64,000 bases of DNA, from NCBI GenBank assembly GCA_023264975.1, contig JAHFUS010000007.1:11948-75947 (forward strand), given 5' to 3'. The notes below the pieces were generated by a model that was given only the letters and a program-made list of their open reading frames with translations, made no database searches and was not told the origin of the DNA. Shown piece by piece: positions 7,995-16,724 of this stretch. This stretch comes from Actinomycetes bacterium (GTDB lineage Bacteria > Actinomycetota > Acidimicrobiia > Acidimicrobiales > GCA-2861595). The first letter of the stretch is position 1; each line of letters starts with the position of its first letter. A program made the position numbers and the translations under genes.

Positions 7995-10406
7995 GTGAGG
8001 TTGACCGAGCTTCACGTCCGGTTCTACAAGGCGTTCAACTTTGACTATCTGCGGAAGTACGACCGTCGCACCGTTCATCTGCCCTGGGAGGAGATGGAGG
8101 ATGGCTCGTGGTATCCGTTCGTCACGGTGCCGCTTGAATCGGACATCACTACGGTCGTAGGGGCCAACGAGTCCGGAAAGACCCAGGTACTCGACGCCAT
8201 CGAGGTGGCCTTGACCGGCCACGGACTGCTCCGCACGGACTTCTGTCGGTACTCGAAGTTCTTTCTAGTCGATCAAGTCGTTCGCCTCCCGGACATCGGG
8301 CTCACACTGGTTGACCTATCGCCGGAAGAGGCCAACGAGATCGGACAAGCATGCGGCCGCGAGGAAGCCGCCCAGCTCGAGGAATTCAAGCTGATGCGAG
8401 TGGGAAACGGTAAGGCGACGGTGTACGTTCAAAGGGGCGACAAGTGGGACGCCCATCCCTTGAGCAGCAAGGACCTGAAGCGGGTCGAAGCGGTCTTACC
8501 CAAACCACTTAGGTTACGGCCGGACATCCCCCTTCCCGATGCAGTTCCCTTGACGTTCCTTGCTGGCCGTGCATCCAGCAGCCTGAACGCCATCAGCTCT
8601 CGTAAACACCGCCTCACGCTGCTCGAACGCTTGCTTCGTCTGTCGCCAGCGATGGTGAACTCCTCGGACTCAGTGACGAAGAACGCGGCCAAGGTCGCCG
8701 AGGCGTTCGTCCCGCCAGCCGAGTCACATGACGATAATGCTGCCGAGAAGTATGCGCTCGCCCGCAATTTGCTCGTAGACATCGCCGGGGTCGCCGGCGA
8801 GCACTTCGCGGACCTCGTGACGACAATCGGTGCAGGACGTGATGGTTACGTTGACGGCGTCGAGGAGCTAATTAATCGGGCCTTGGCCACACGGCTGAAC
8901 TTTCGGCGCTGGTGGACTCAGGACCGAAGTTTCCAGCTTCGCGTAACTGTCCGGGAGTACGATATTGCGTTCATCATTCGAGATAGAACAGGAACCGCCT
9001 ACTCGTTCTCCGAGCGTAGCGGCGGTCTGAGCTACTTCCTGAGCTACTTCGTTCAGTACCTCTCCCATCAGCCCCTTACTGGACGGGACGAGATCCTGTT
9101 GATGGATGAGCCCGATACGTACCTCTCCAGCCAGGGCCAGAAGGACCTCCTGAAGATCTTCGATGCATTCGCGCACCCAGATGACGGCACACGGGGATGT
9201 CAGGTCGTCTATGTCACCCATTCCCCATTCCTTATCGATCGCAACCACGCCGAGCGAATCCGAGTAATCGAGAAGGGTGAGGAGGCGGAGGGTACGCGAG
9301 TCGTGAACGACGTGTCGCGCAATCATTACGAACCACTCCGATCCGCGTTCGGGGCCTTCGTGGCGGAAACAACCTTCATGGGCAACTGCAACCTCATGGT
9401 CGAAGGAATCAGTGATCAGGTTCTTCTCGCCGGCATGTCCAGTCGCCTTCGCTTAGGCGGTGCGCCGAAGAACGATTATCTTGACCTCAACGCAGTAACG
9501 CTAGTCCCTGCGGGCGGCGCACCTCACATTCCTTACCTTGCGTACTTAGCCCGCGGTCGTGATATCGAAAAGCCTGCGGTGATCATCTTGCTTGATGGAG
9601 ACAAAGCAGGCGACGAGGCAAGAAAGTCGGTCCAGAAGGGCGGCGCATACGGGAAGCCCCTGGTGCCCGACGAACTCGTGCTCCAGTTAAATCAAGCCGA
9701 CCGAGTCGATATTCAATCGGATCGGCGAGGTGGACCAGTCAATCTCGAAGACCTCATTCCGATCGGCCTCGGAGTCAGGGCGGCCGAGCGCTACGCAGTA
9801 CATTTCGTCGGTCTTGCTGCGCCGTCGCCTGCCCTCGACCCCACTGCGGCACAGGTCGATGACGGTGTCCTGCCTGGAGCGACTGCTGTACTCAATGCCA
9901 CGCTTTCCGAGCCGATACTAGTGGACAAGCTCGGTTTCGCCCGATCGATTCTTGACGAGATGAAGGCCAATTCCGATCAGGGACAAGTGTCAGCCGCGGA
10001 CACCACACGCCTCGATGACAACTTCAGGGTACTCTTTCGGCGTTTGAACGTTCTACGCCGGGCAGCCGTCCGTCAACAAGACGAGGTCCGGCTCGCCGAG
10101 CGAATTGCCCGCGTCCGTGACGCTTTCCTCGCTGACCACCCGACGTTGATCCGCAAGGTCGACCTGCAGGATCTAATCGAGGAACTCGGGTACGTGCTCG
10201 ACGACAGCCACGAGGCCGAGGAAACTCGCGCCGACATGCGTCGGCTGCGTTCGGAGTACAACGTCGATGTCGATGTGAGTTCACCCGTCGAGGACGTCGA
10301 GGCGCTACGGATCCATCTGATGGCTCTGCAGTACGGGGGTCGGCACCGATCCCAGGAGGAACCAATGCCGACGGCTCCAGGCGCGAGCGACGTGGCGGCG
10401 TCATGA
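7995..10406 (+). CDS. OLD-family nuclease: fused ABC-type ATPase + TOPRIM, with about 300 aa of C-terminal extension
   Basis: Walker A GANESGKTQ, signature-like SGGLSYFLSYF, Walker B ILLMDEPD, H-loop VYVTHSPF. TOPRIM motifs LMVEGISD and ILLDGDKAGDEA. Start is GTG 7995 or TTG 7992. The upstream part of the 1080-aa track ORF is shadow sequence. GC is lower than in the flanks. Confidence 0.8.
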   Translation: MRLTELHVRFYKAFNFDYLRKYDRRTVHLPWEEMEDGSWYPFVTVPLESDITTVVGANESGKTQVLDAIEVALTGHGLLRTDFCRYSKFFLVDQVVRLPDIGLTLVDLSPEEANEIGQACGREEAAQLEEFKLMRVGNGKATVYVQRGDKWDAHPLSSKDLKRVEAVLPKPLRLRPDIPLPDAVPLTFLAGRASSSLNAISSRKHRLTLLERLLRLSPAMVNSSDSVTKNAAKVAEAFVPPAESHDDNAAEKYALARNLLVDIAGVAGEHFADLVTTIGAGRDGYVDGVEELINRALATRLNFRRWWTQDRSFQLRVTVREYDIAFIIRDRTGTAYSFSERSGGLSYFLSYFVQYLSHQPLTGRDEILLMDEPDTYLSSQGQKDLLKIFDAFAHPDDGTRGCQVVYVTHSPFLIDRNHAERIRVIEKGEEAEGTRVVNDVSRNHYEPLRSAFGAFVAETTFMGNCNLMVEGISDQVLLAGMSSRLRLGGAPKNDYLDLNAVTLVPAGGAPHIPYLAYLARGRDIEKPAVIILLDGDKAGDEARKSVQKGGAYGKPLVPDELVLQLNQADRVDIQSDRRGGPVNLEDLIPIGLGVRAAERYAVHFVGLAAPSPALDPTAAQVDDGVLPGATAVLNATLSEPILVDKLGFARSILDEMKANSDQGQVSAADTTRLDDNFRVLFRRLNVLRRAAVRQQDEVRLAERIARVRDAFLADHPTLIRKVDLQDLIEELGYVLDDSHEAEETRADMRRLRSEYNVDVDVSSPVEDVEALRIHLMALQYGGRHRSQEEPMPTAPGASDVAAS

Positions 10407-10642
10407 CTGGATGCTGCTCCTCAGCCAGTAGAGCACAACGCGGGCCCTTGGCTACCCTGACCACAGGGCATCGCCAACTCAGTCGCCCGCCGGCTCCGCT
10501 CCTACATCCCTGCTGCCCTCGCCTCCGTCACTTGCAGGAGGCGGCGTGGCACGTCGATCCCCAGACGACCCGGTGCCACGACCGGGGGTAGCGACTCGCT
10601 CGACGAGTGCTGGCTGCGCGCGTATGGCCGGCGTGTGGTCGC

Positions 10643-12373
10643 TCACCGGTCCCCGCCGGCAACAGGCGACATTCCGGCCGCCAAGGCAATTTGAGGAACC
10701 GACTTAAGCATACCGTTCCGAACAGTGCGACACTTGCTGAGATTCTTGAAAAGACTGGCCAAGTAGTTAGCCTCGTAGTCCGCTTCCACGCTGTCAATCA
10801 CGGCCTCGAATAGTCGGTCAACAAGTCCTTGGACGACCTCATCGTTCACGGGAGCGAATCCTTCTCGAAAGTACTCCGGTGGTAGGCAGCGGTAGACGCA
10901 GTGGAGGAGGAGCCGGTTTCCGTGCACTGCCGCCTGCCGCCTCCTTCCTTCTTCACGCCGCTGGATCGTAGCCAGACGAGCGTCAGCAACACGCATGACC
11001 TGCACCGACCGCCAGAGTGCGGTGCTTGATACGCCAGAATTAAAGATGGAGCGGTATAAGGAACTCTCCGTATCTTCCCAGATCTTACCAATCTCACGCT
11101 TTACCTGGACGGCCCATTGTACGTCCGGAACCGCACATCCGAGCGCAACAGTCGCGTCTACGACGCTACAACCATCGTCCGGAGCCGGATCGGCATCCCC
11201 GGTCTTGAGCGCATAGGTAAGACCGTCAATTCGCAATTCGATCCGAAGTCGCTCTTGCTCGGGATCCAACGCTACAAAGTCCCGGTTAACAATCCGATTC
11301 TGGGTGTTCGTCGCGCGAGTGACAGTGTTTGCGAAAGATGGAGGACAGTTTTCTAGCGAGATTAGTCGCACGAGTACGCGAGCATCGGCGGCCGAACTGT
11401 CTCCGTTCGACCCAGCGTGGCCGGTTCCGATAGAACCCACAGTCTGGGCCCCATTTACGACTGACACACCCTCGCACGCGAACTGCCCGTGCTTGCGATC
11501 GAGTCCTCCGATCGCCTTTCGGGCTATCGACTGACACAAGACCGTTATTCCGTTGTTGAGGTACCAGAAGTGATCCGGGGACGACTTTAGCGATTCTGCG
11601 ATCGTGTTGTTGACGTCCGACGCCTGAATGAACTTACGGAGGTTTCGAGAAAACAGATTCGAGCCGTGGTCACGCCACCATGCAGCCACATCGGAAGCTG
11701 CGACCTGGCCGTAGTATGCGGCGAACGGCTCAGTGACCTGACCCCAGTCGAAAAGGGCGACGTCCAAGTCGATACGGTCACCCTCGACTTCACCGCTCAC
11801 CATCGCATGCAGATCAGACTGCTTGAAGACCCGTGTGTGGAGCACCTCGCCGGAGTCGTTCATCTCATGTTCAAGGTCGTCAAACAGCCGTTTCACATGC
11901 TCGGTGGCGTCGTGCGTGCCTGTGTGAACATAGAAACACTCGATCGTCACACGGGGGTTGTCCAGTGCTGCCGTGATCTGCCGCTGAAGGTGACGAACCT
12001 TCTCGTTGAATCGGTCGAACCGCAAGTTGACGAGGTCGCGAAACCCTTGAATGAACTTCTGAATCTCACCGACCTGGGGTCCACCACTGCCATCGGCATG
12101 CCATTTCGACTGCACAAGATATAGCCGTTCTTGGGAGCTGTCATAGTAAACAAGGTCGATTCCATTGTCGTCGGTGCCGTCCGTGATGCCGAGTGCGACT
12201 TCCTGGGGAGCGCTTGCAGTGATCTCGGCGACTGGGTAAGCGGCGAGGCTTCGTGAGAGGAAGCGTTGTCTCTGCGACTGCGGAGAACTCGATGAAACGT
12301 CGGATAGACCAACAAAGGTCGCGAACTTCGAATCGAGCGCACTTTCGATGTGGCGGAGGTGCAGCGTGCTCAT
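10643..12373 (-). CDS. AIPR (abortive infection phage resistance) family protein
   Basis: 576 aa. The N-terminus (NGIDLVYYD...LYLVQSKW) has a D...Q-x-K nuclease-like motif. The overall sequence recalls AIPR-family proteins. Markedly lower GC, with stretches near 45-55%. Confidence 0.7.
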   Translation of the reverse strand: MSTLHLRHIESALDSKFATFVGLSDVSSSSPQSQRQRFLSRSLAAYPVAEITASAPQEVALGITDGTDDNGIDLVYYDSSQERLYLVQSKWHADGSGGPQVGEIQKFIQGFRDLVNLRFDRFNEKVRHLQRQITAALDNPRVTIECFYVHTGTHDATEHVKRLFDDLEHEMNDSGEVLHTRVFKQSDLHAMVSGEVEGDRIDLDVALFDWGQVTEPFAAYYGQVAASDVAAWWRDHGSNLFSRNLRKFIQASDVNNTIAESLKSSPDHFWYLNNGITVLCQSIARKAIGGLDRKHGQFACEGVSVVNGAQTVGSIGTGHAGSNGDSSAADARVLVRLISLENCPPSFANTVTRATNTQNRIVNRDFVALDPEQERLRIELRIDGLTYALKTGDADPAPDDGCSVVDATVALGCAVPDVQWAVQVKREIGKIWEDTESSLYRSIFNSGVSSTALWRSVQVMRVADARLATIQRREEGRRRQAAVHGNRLLLHCVYRCLPPEYFREGFAPVNDEVVQGLVDRLFEAVIDSVEADYEANYLASLFKNLSKCRTVRNGMLKSVPQIALAAGMSPVAGGDR

Positions 12374-12958
12374 TGGACCACGTTAGCGAAGAGTCGCCGT
12401 TACCGTCACAAAGCCGGGTGGTGGTAGCATCGTGCCTCAGCTGAGGCGACGCGTTCCTCCGCACTCCGTGCCTTGTGGGCTCAACGGCGGGCCCTCCAGC
12501 CCTGTATTGTCGAGCGGCACGAGTCAGAGCCCTTGGAGACAAGGGCGTGGTGTGGAGAGTAGGGGCCTCGTCTACCCCCTCGTCCAAGCCTTGGACGACG
12601 CGTCGGGGAGGTCCTGCGACGTTGACATGGGCGCAAATCGCGCACGAGTGCGGCGCGCCTGCGTCGAAAGGTAACGATCCCCAGCTGACCGGAAGCGGGC
12701 GCGGCGAAACTCGTGCGGATCGTTCGCGCAGCCGCGCCGGTTATGGAGCGACGTGGCCCGCCAGGTCTGGGTTGGAGGGCTGATCGGCTTCATGGGAGCC
12801 TCCACAGTGCCTCAGCTGCCCGAGTGTGGGTCGGGGTCGACGGACTCACGGTCAGGGTTCCTCGTTGTTCCGGGACTAGTCGACGCGTAGGAGAACCGGC
12901 ATCGTTCTTTGAACCGAAGGACGACCGTGCGAAACGAACCCGGACTCGAGGGCATCGA

Positions 12959-13552
12959 CTACGCCTCGCTGGATGGCACCACCGTTCCGCCCTGCTGGGG
13001 CTCGACCCAGACGGCATCGATCAAGCCCCAGCAGACGTCGCCGTCGTCGTTCAGGTAGCGGACACGCTGGCGCGGCCCCACCCGGACCTCGTAGAGGAGG
13101 CCGTCGATCTCGACGACCCCCGCCGAACGTTGGTCGCCGACATGTCCGATGGCGGCGGTGACCTCGATCGGTGACAGGCCCCTGCATCGCGCGAGCTCGG
13201 TCCAGTGGTCCCGGCAGCGCTCCCGGTGATCGTGGCCCGCGCCCTGTGCCGGCGCAGCGCCCCACACGTCACAGGGGTCGACGTCGCCCGGCTCAGGTAC
13301 AACGGCGAGGACCGGTGGGGACGACACCAGATAGGCGTCGTCGGTGTCATCGCCGGCAGGTGCGCGGGCGAGGGCGTCGAGTACCTCGGATGCCAGGTAC
13401 TGGACCTTGCGCGAGCCGGGCAGCCGGTGGGCGGGAAGGCGGCCGTCCCGGGCCATCGCCAACACGGTCCTGGCGTTGAGCCGCAGTAGCTCGGCCACCT
13501 CCTCGGTGGACAGGACCGGCGGCAGGTCACGAATCGGGTTGTCGTTATCCAT
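12959..13552 (-). CDS. Excisionase/MerR-type HTH DNA-binding protein with an unknown C-terminal domain
   Basis: The N-terminus (LSTEEVAELLRLNARTVLAMARDGRLPAHRLPGSRKVQY) matches the excisionase-family HTH pattern. Divergent from the T4CP gene. Confidence 0.65.
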   Translation of the reverse strand: MDNDNPIRDLPPVLSTEEVAELLRLNARTVLAMARDGRLPAHRLPGSRKVQYLASEVLDALARAPAGDDTDDAYLVSSPPVLAVVPEPGDVDPCDVWGAAPAQGAGHDHRERCRDHWTELARCRGLSPIEVTAAIGHVGDQRSAGVVEIDGLLYEVRVGPRQRVRYLNDDGDVCWGLIDAVWVEPQQGGTVVPSSEA

Positions 13553-13620
13553 AGCGCCTCGTCGGTAGATAAGCGTAGATTACAGGAGACACTAACAAAT
13601 AAGAGTCTGGAAGGAGCGCC
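13553..13620. promoter_or_regulatory. AT-rich divergent promoter/operator region
   Basis: 68-bp intergenic region far below local GC. Direct repeat GTAGAT-N4-GTAGAT at 13565-13580. SD GGAAGGAG just upstream of ATG 13621. Confidence 0.4.
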
Positions 13621-15627
13621 ATGCGCCGACCTGTTGGGGCGATGCCCGGATCGCCGGCTCCGTCGATCGCAGCGAATCCGCTGGAGACGATCGGCCTGGT
13701 TGCCCTCGGAGGACTCGTCGCCATGGCCGGAGTGTTCCTCGCCGGTGCCCACCTGGCCGCCCGCGTGGCGGGAACGCCCCCGCTCCGCGCCGGGCTCGGC
13801 GACGCCGGCCGGGCTCTGTGGCGGCTTCCGTCGACACCCGGTGACCCGGCGGCCGCCTGGGGGCCGAGCCAGCGCCCAGCCCTGCCCGGCCCCGTCGCCT
13901 ACTACGCCTGCCTGGCCCTGCTGGTGATCGTCCTCGGCGGCCTCGCCCTGTCGACCGCCCATGGGTACCGCACCTTCGCCCGGCGCCGTCATCCCCTCGG
14001 CGTCGATCCCAACCCGGGACTGGCGAACGCCCGCGCGCTGCGCAAGCTGGTGGTTCGCCACCCCAAGCCAGGCCGGCTCACCCTCGGGCGGGTGGGGGGT
14101 CGCCTGGTGGCCACCGAGCCCCAGGTGAGCCTGGCTGTCGTCGGCCCGAGCGGGTGCGGCAAGAGCGTCGGCTTTGCCATCCCGGCCCTGTTGGAGTGGC
14201 AGGGCCCGGTCATCGCCACCAGCGTGAAGACCGACCTGGTGGCCGCCACGCTGGAGCGCCGCCGCCGCCTGGGCGAGGTCTGGGTCTTCGACCCGGCCCG
14301 CCTCAGCGGGGACTCGTCGCACTGGAGCCCGCTCGGCGCTTGCGGGACCTGGGCGGGGGCGATGCGCATGGGGGCGTGGCTGTGCGAGGCCACCGACGCC
14401 AAGCGGGACTCGGTGACCGATGGCGACTACTGGTACATGCAGGCGCTCAAGGTCCTGCCTTCCCACCTCCACGCCGCCGCCATCGGGGGCCACACGATGC
14501 GCGACGTGGTGCGCTGGATCGACGGCCAGGACCAGGAACCCGTGCGGGGGATCCTCCGCCGCCGTGCCGGCGTGAGCGACGAGATCCAGCGGGCCTTCAA
14601 CGACGAGGTGGCGCAGGAGCACCGCCGCCAGCTCCAGCCCCGGGTGCGGGCCGAGGTCCTGGAGGCGATCCGCCAGGTGCTGCGCGCCGACACCGGCCGA
14701 AGGAGCCAGCTGGCCGAGAAGAAGGTGACGGCGTGGCCGGTCGAGATGCAAGAGCAGTTCGAGGAGCGAGTCGCCATCGAGGTGGACCGCCGGCTGATGA
14801 AGATTCTCGAGGCCCGGGTGGTGGAGGAGTTCCGCGACCGGGGCGACCTCGACGCCCTGGTGGCGGCGGAGTCCCTGTGGGCCAAGGAGGAGCGTCTGCG
14901 GGGCAGCGTGTACGCCACCGTGCAGAACGTGCTGTTGACCTATGCCGACCCGCTGGTCACATCGGTGACCGAGCGCTGCGACATCGACTTCGACGAGTGG
15001 CTCGAGGACCGTTGCACGATCTACGTGGTGGCCACCGCCGACGAGCAGTCGCGCCTGCGCCCCGTGCTCACCGTCCTGATCCAACAGGCCATCCGCCGGG
15101 CCTACGAGGTGGCCAACGCCTCGGGGGGCACCCTCAACGACCCTTGTCTCGTCCTACTTGACGAGGCGGGCAACATCGTCCCGCTCAAGGATCTCCCCGG
15201 CTACGCCTCCACCGCCCGCAGCCACGGCATCAGCCTGGTGAGCATCTGGCAGGACCTGGCGCAGATAGAGGCAATTTACGGTCACCGGGCGTCGACGGTC
15301 CTCAACAACCACAGGGCCAAGATCTTCGGCACCGGCATCGCCGACGCCGGCACGCTCGACTACATCTCCAAGCTGGTGGGCGACGAGGAGCGTACCGAGC
15401 GCAACTACTCCACCGACCTGGCGGGTGGCCCCCGTCGCTCGGTCAGCGAGCACACCACCTACCGGCGCCTGCTGCCCATGGACGTCATCCGGCGCATGCC
15501 CACCAACCAGGGCCTGTTGCTCTACGGCTCGGAGCCGGCGGCCCATCTGCGCCTGCGGCCCTGGTACGCGGAACGCAGCCTGGGAGCCCTTGCCGGCCCC
15601 AACGCCCCCCGCCGTCCACCTGGGTGA
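13621..15627 (+). CDS. Type IV secretion coupling protein (VirD4/TraG/TraD-like)
   Basis: N-terminal TM segments. Walker A VVGPSGCGKSVG, Walker B CLVLLDEAGN, and a conserved TraG/VirD4-like C-terminal region (SIWQDLAQIEAIYG). Confidence 0.85.
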   Translation: MRRPVGAMPGSPAPSIAANPLETIGLVALGGLVAMAGVFLAGAHLAARVAGTPPLRAGLGDAGRALWRLPSTPGDPAAAWGPSQRPALPGPVAYYACLALLVIVLGGLALSTAHGYRTFARRRHPLGVDPNPGLANARALRKLVVRHPKPGRLTLGRVGGRLVATEPQVSLAVVGPSGCGKSVGFAIPALLEWQGPVIATSVKTDLVAATLERRRRLGEVWVFDPARLSGDSSHWSPLGACGTWAGAMRMGAWLCEATDAKRDSVTDGDYWYMQALKVLPSHLHAAAIGGHTMRDVVRWIDGQDQEPVRGILRRRAGVSDEIQRAFNDEVAQEHRRQLQPRVRAEVLEAIRQVLRADTGRRSQLAEKKVTAWPVEMQEQFEERVAIEVDRRLMKILEARVVEEFRDRGDLDALVAAESLWAKEERLRGSVYATVQNVLLTYADPLVTSVTERCDIDFDEWLEDRCTIYVVATADEQSRLRPVLTVLIQQAIRRAYEVANASGGTLNDPCLVLLDEAGNIVPLKDLPGYASTARSHGISLVSIWQDLAQIEAIYGHRASTVLNNHRAKIFGTGIADAGTLDYISKLVGDEERTERNYSTDLAGGPRRSVSEHTTYRRLLPMDVIRRMPTNQGLLLYGSEPAAHLRLRPWYAERSLGALAGPNAPRRPPG

Positions 15628-15654
15628 CCATCGTTCGGGGACGTGCTCGCCCCC

Positions 15655-16353
15655 CTACGCCGGCTCCTGGCGCTGGTCGACTTCCGCCAGCACCTGCCTG
15701 AACCCCCGGAGCAACTCGGTGATCCAGCGCCGGGCGGTGGCCGTCGGGAAGGCGATGGTGGCCGAGATCCCCGACACTCCGGCGCCCTTCTCCCCGAACA
15801 GCACCACCACCACGTCCTCGGCCTCGTCTTCCCACACCAGAGGGTGGGCGTCGGGATCCACCCGAAGACGCAGGTGCAGGTCGGGCCTGCGGTCGGCTGG
15901 CTCCGGCTCGTGGGGGCAGGCGGACCCGTCGAGGTGAGCCCAGCGGCCGTCGTGGTCCGACGAGATGACCGCCCGGCAGTACAGGCAGGTGGAGGGAGCG
16001 GCGTCGCCGTGGCGAGCCATGGCGTCGAGGATCGCCTCTCGTTCGTCGTCATGGCGGACGTCGGCCTGGCGCAGCCGCTCGTCGGCGTCGACCCTGCGCT
16101 TCCACGCGGCATCGCGCTTCGCCGGACGGTCGCGCTGGTCGGGTAGCCCGGCCAGGAAGTCCGACGCTTCGACCTCGAAGCTCAGGCTGGTGATGATCTC
16201 CCGCAGGCGGATGACGAGCGCGGTGCCGTCGGCGACGGGAACGCCGGCGTCGTCGGCACGGTCGATGGCATGGGCAACGTCGGCCAGCGTGTCGAGGGCC
16301 TCGACCAGGTGCGCCCGGTCGACGGTGGCGGTGGGCGGGACGGGGTTGGTCAC
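15655..16353 (-). CDS. Hypothetical ICE protein
   Basis: GTG 16353 is preceded by GGAGGTG. High-GC3 codon pattern. Cys/His cluster CLYCRAV...H...CPH. No recognisable family. Confidence 0.5.
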   Translation of the reverse strand: MTNPVPPTATVDRAHLVEALDTLADVAHAIDRADDAGVPVADGTALVIRLREIITSLSFEVEASDFLAGLPDQRDRPAKRDAAWKRRVDADERLRQADVRHDDEREAILDAMARHGDAAPSTCLYCRAVISSDHDGRWAHLDGSACPHEPEPADRRPDLHLRLRVDPDAHPLVWEDEAEDVVVVLFGEKGAGVSGISATIAFPTATARRWITELLRGFRQVLAEVDQRQEPA

Positions 16354-16724
16354 GGCAGCGCTGCACCTCCGATTCGGGGCGTGATCGTAGGCTGGCGGCT
16401 CGCCTCCGACCGGTGTGGTCTTGCGAGGCCCGGGTACTCGCCGTTCCCCAAGGTGACGCCCGGAGGGCGGCACCGTTCAACGGCCGCTGGAGAGGGTTTG
16501 GCGGAAGCGGCGTAGTCTGTGTGGGTCAAAACACGGGTGGACGGCGACGGGATCGGGGGAGTCGCTGGGGGCGGTTCGGGGGCGGCGGCAGGACGGCGAC
16601 AGGGCGGCGTGGGGCCGGCGACGAGGGCCGGTGAGCGTCGGCAGGGCAGCGGGCGGCGACGGGCTGGGCGGGGCCGGACGGTCGACGGTGGGAGGCGGGC
16701 GCAGGGGCGGGTCAGCGGGCTCAT
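16350..16724 (-). CDS. Possible Pro/Arg-rich small protein (124 aa)
   Basis: ATGA overlap with the ParA-like stop (16721-16724) and GTGA overlap with the downstream start (16350-16353). Low-complexity Pro-rich sequence. It could instead be non-coding C-rich RNA. Confidence 0.3.
   Translation of the reverse strand: MSPLTRPCARLPPSTVRPRPARRRPLPCRRSPALVAGPTPPCRRPAAAPEPPPATPPIPSPSTRVLTHTDYAASAKPSPAAVERCRPPGVTLGNGEYPGLARPHRSEASRQPTITPRIGGAALP

Noticed and set aside
13051-15084. 677-aa ORF antisense to the T4CP gene
   Set aside because: Shadow ORF with a high Arg/Pro/Gly/His content. The plus strand has Walker motifs and TM segments of a VirD4-like protein.
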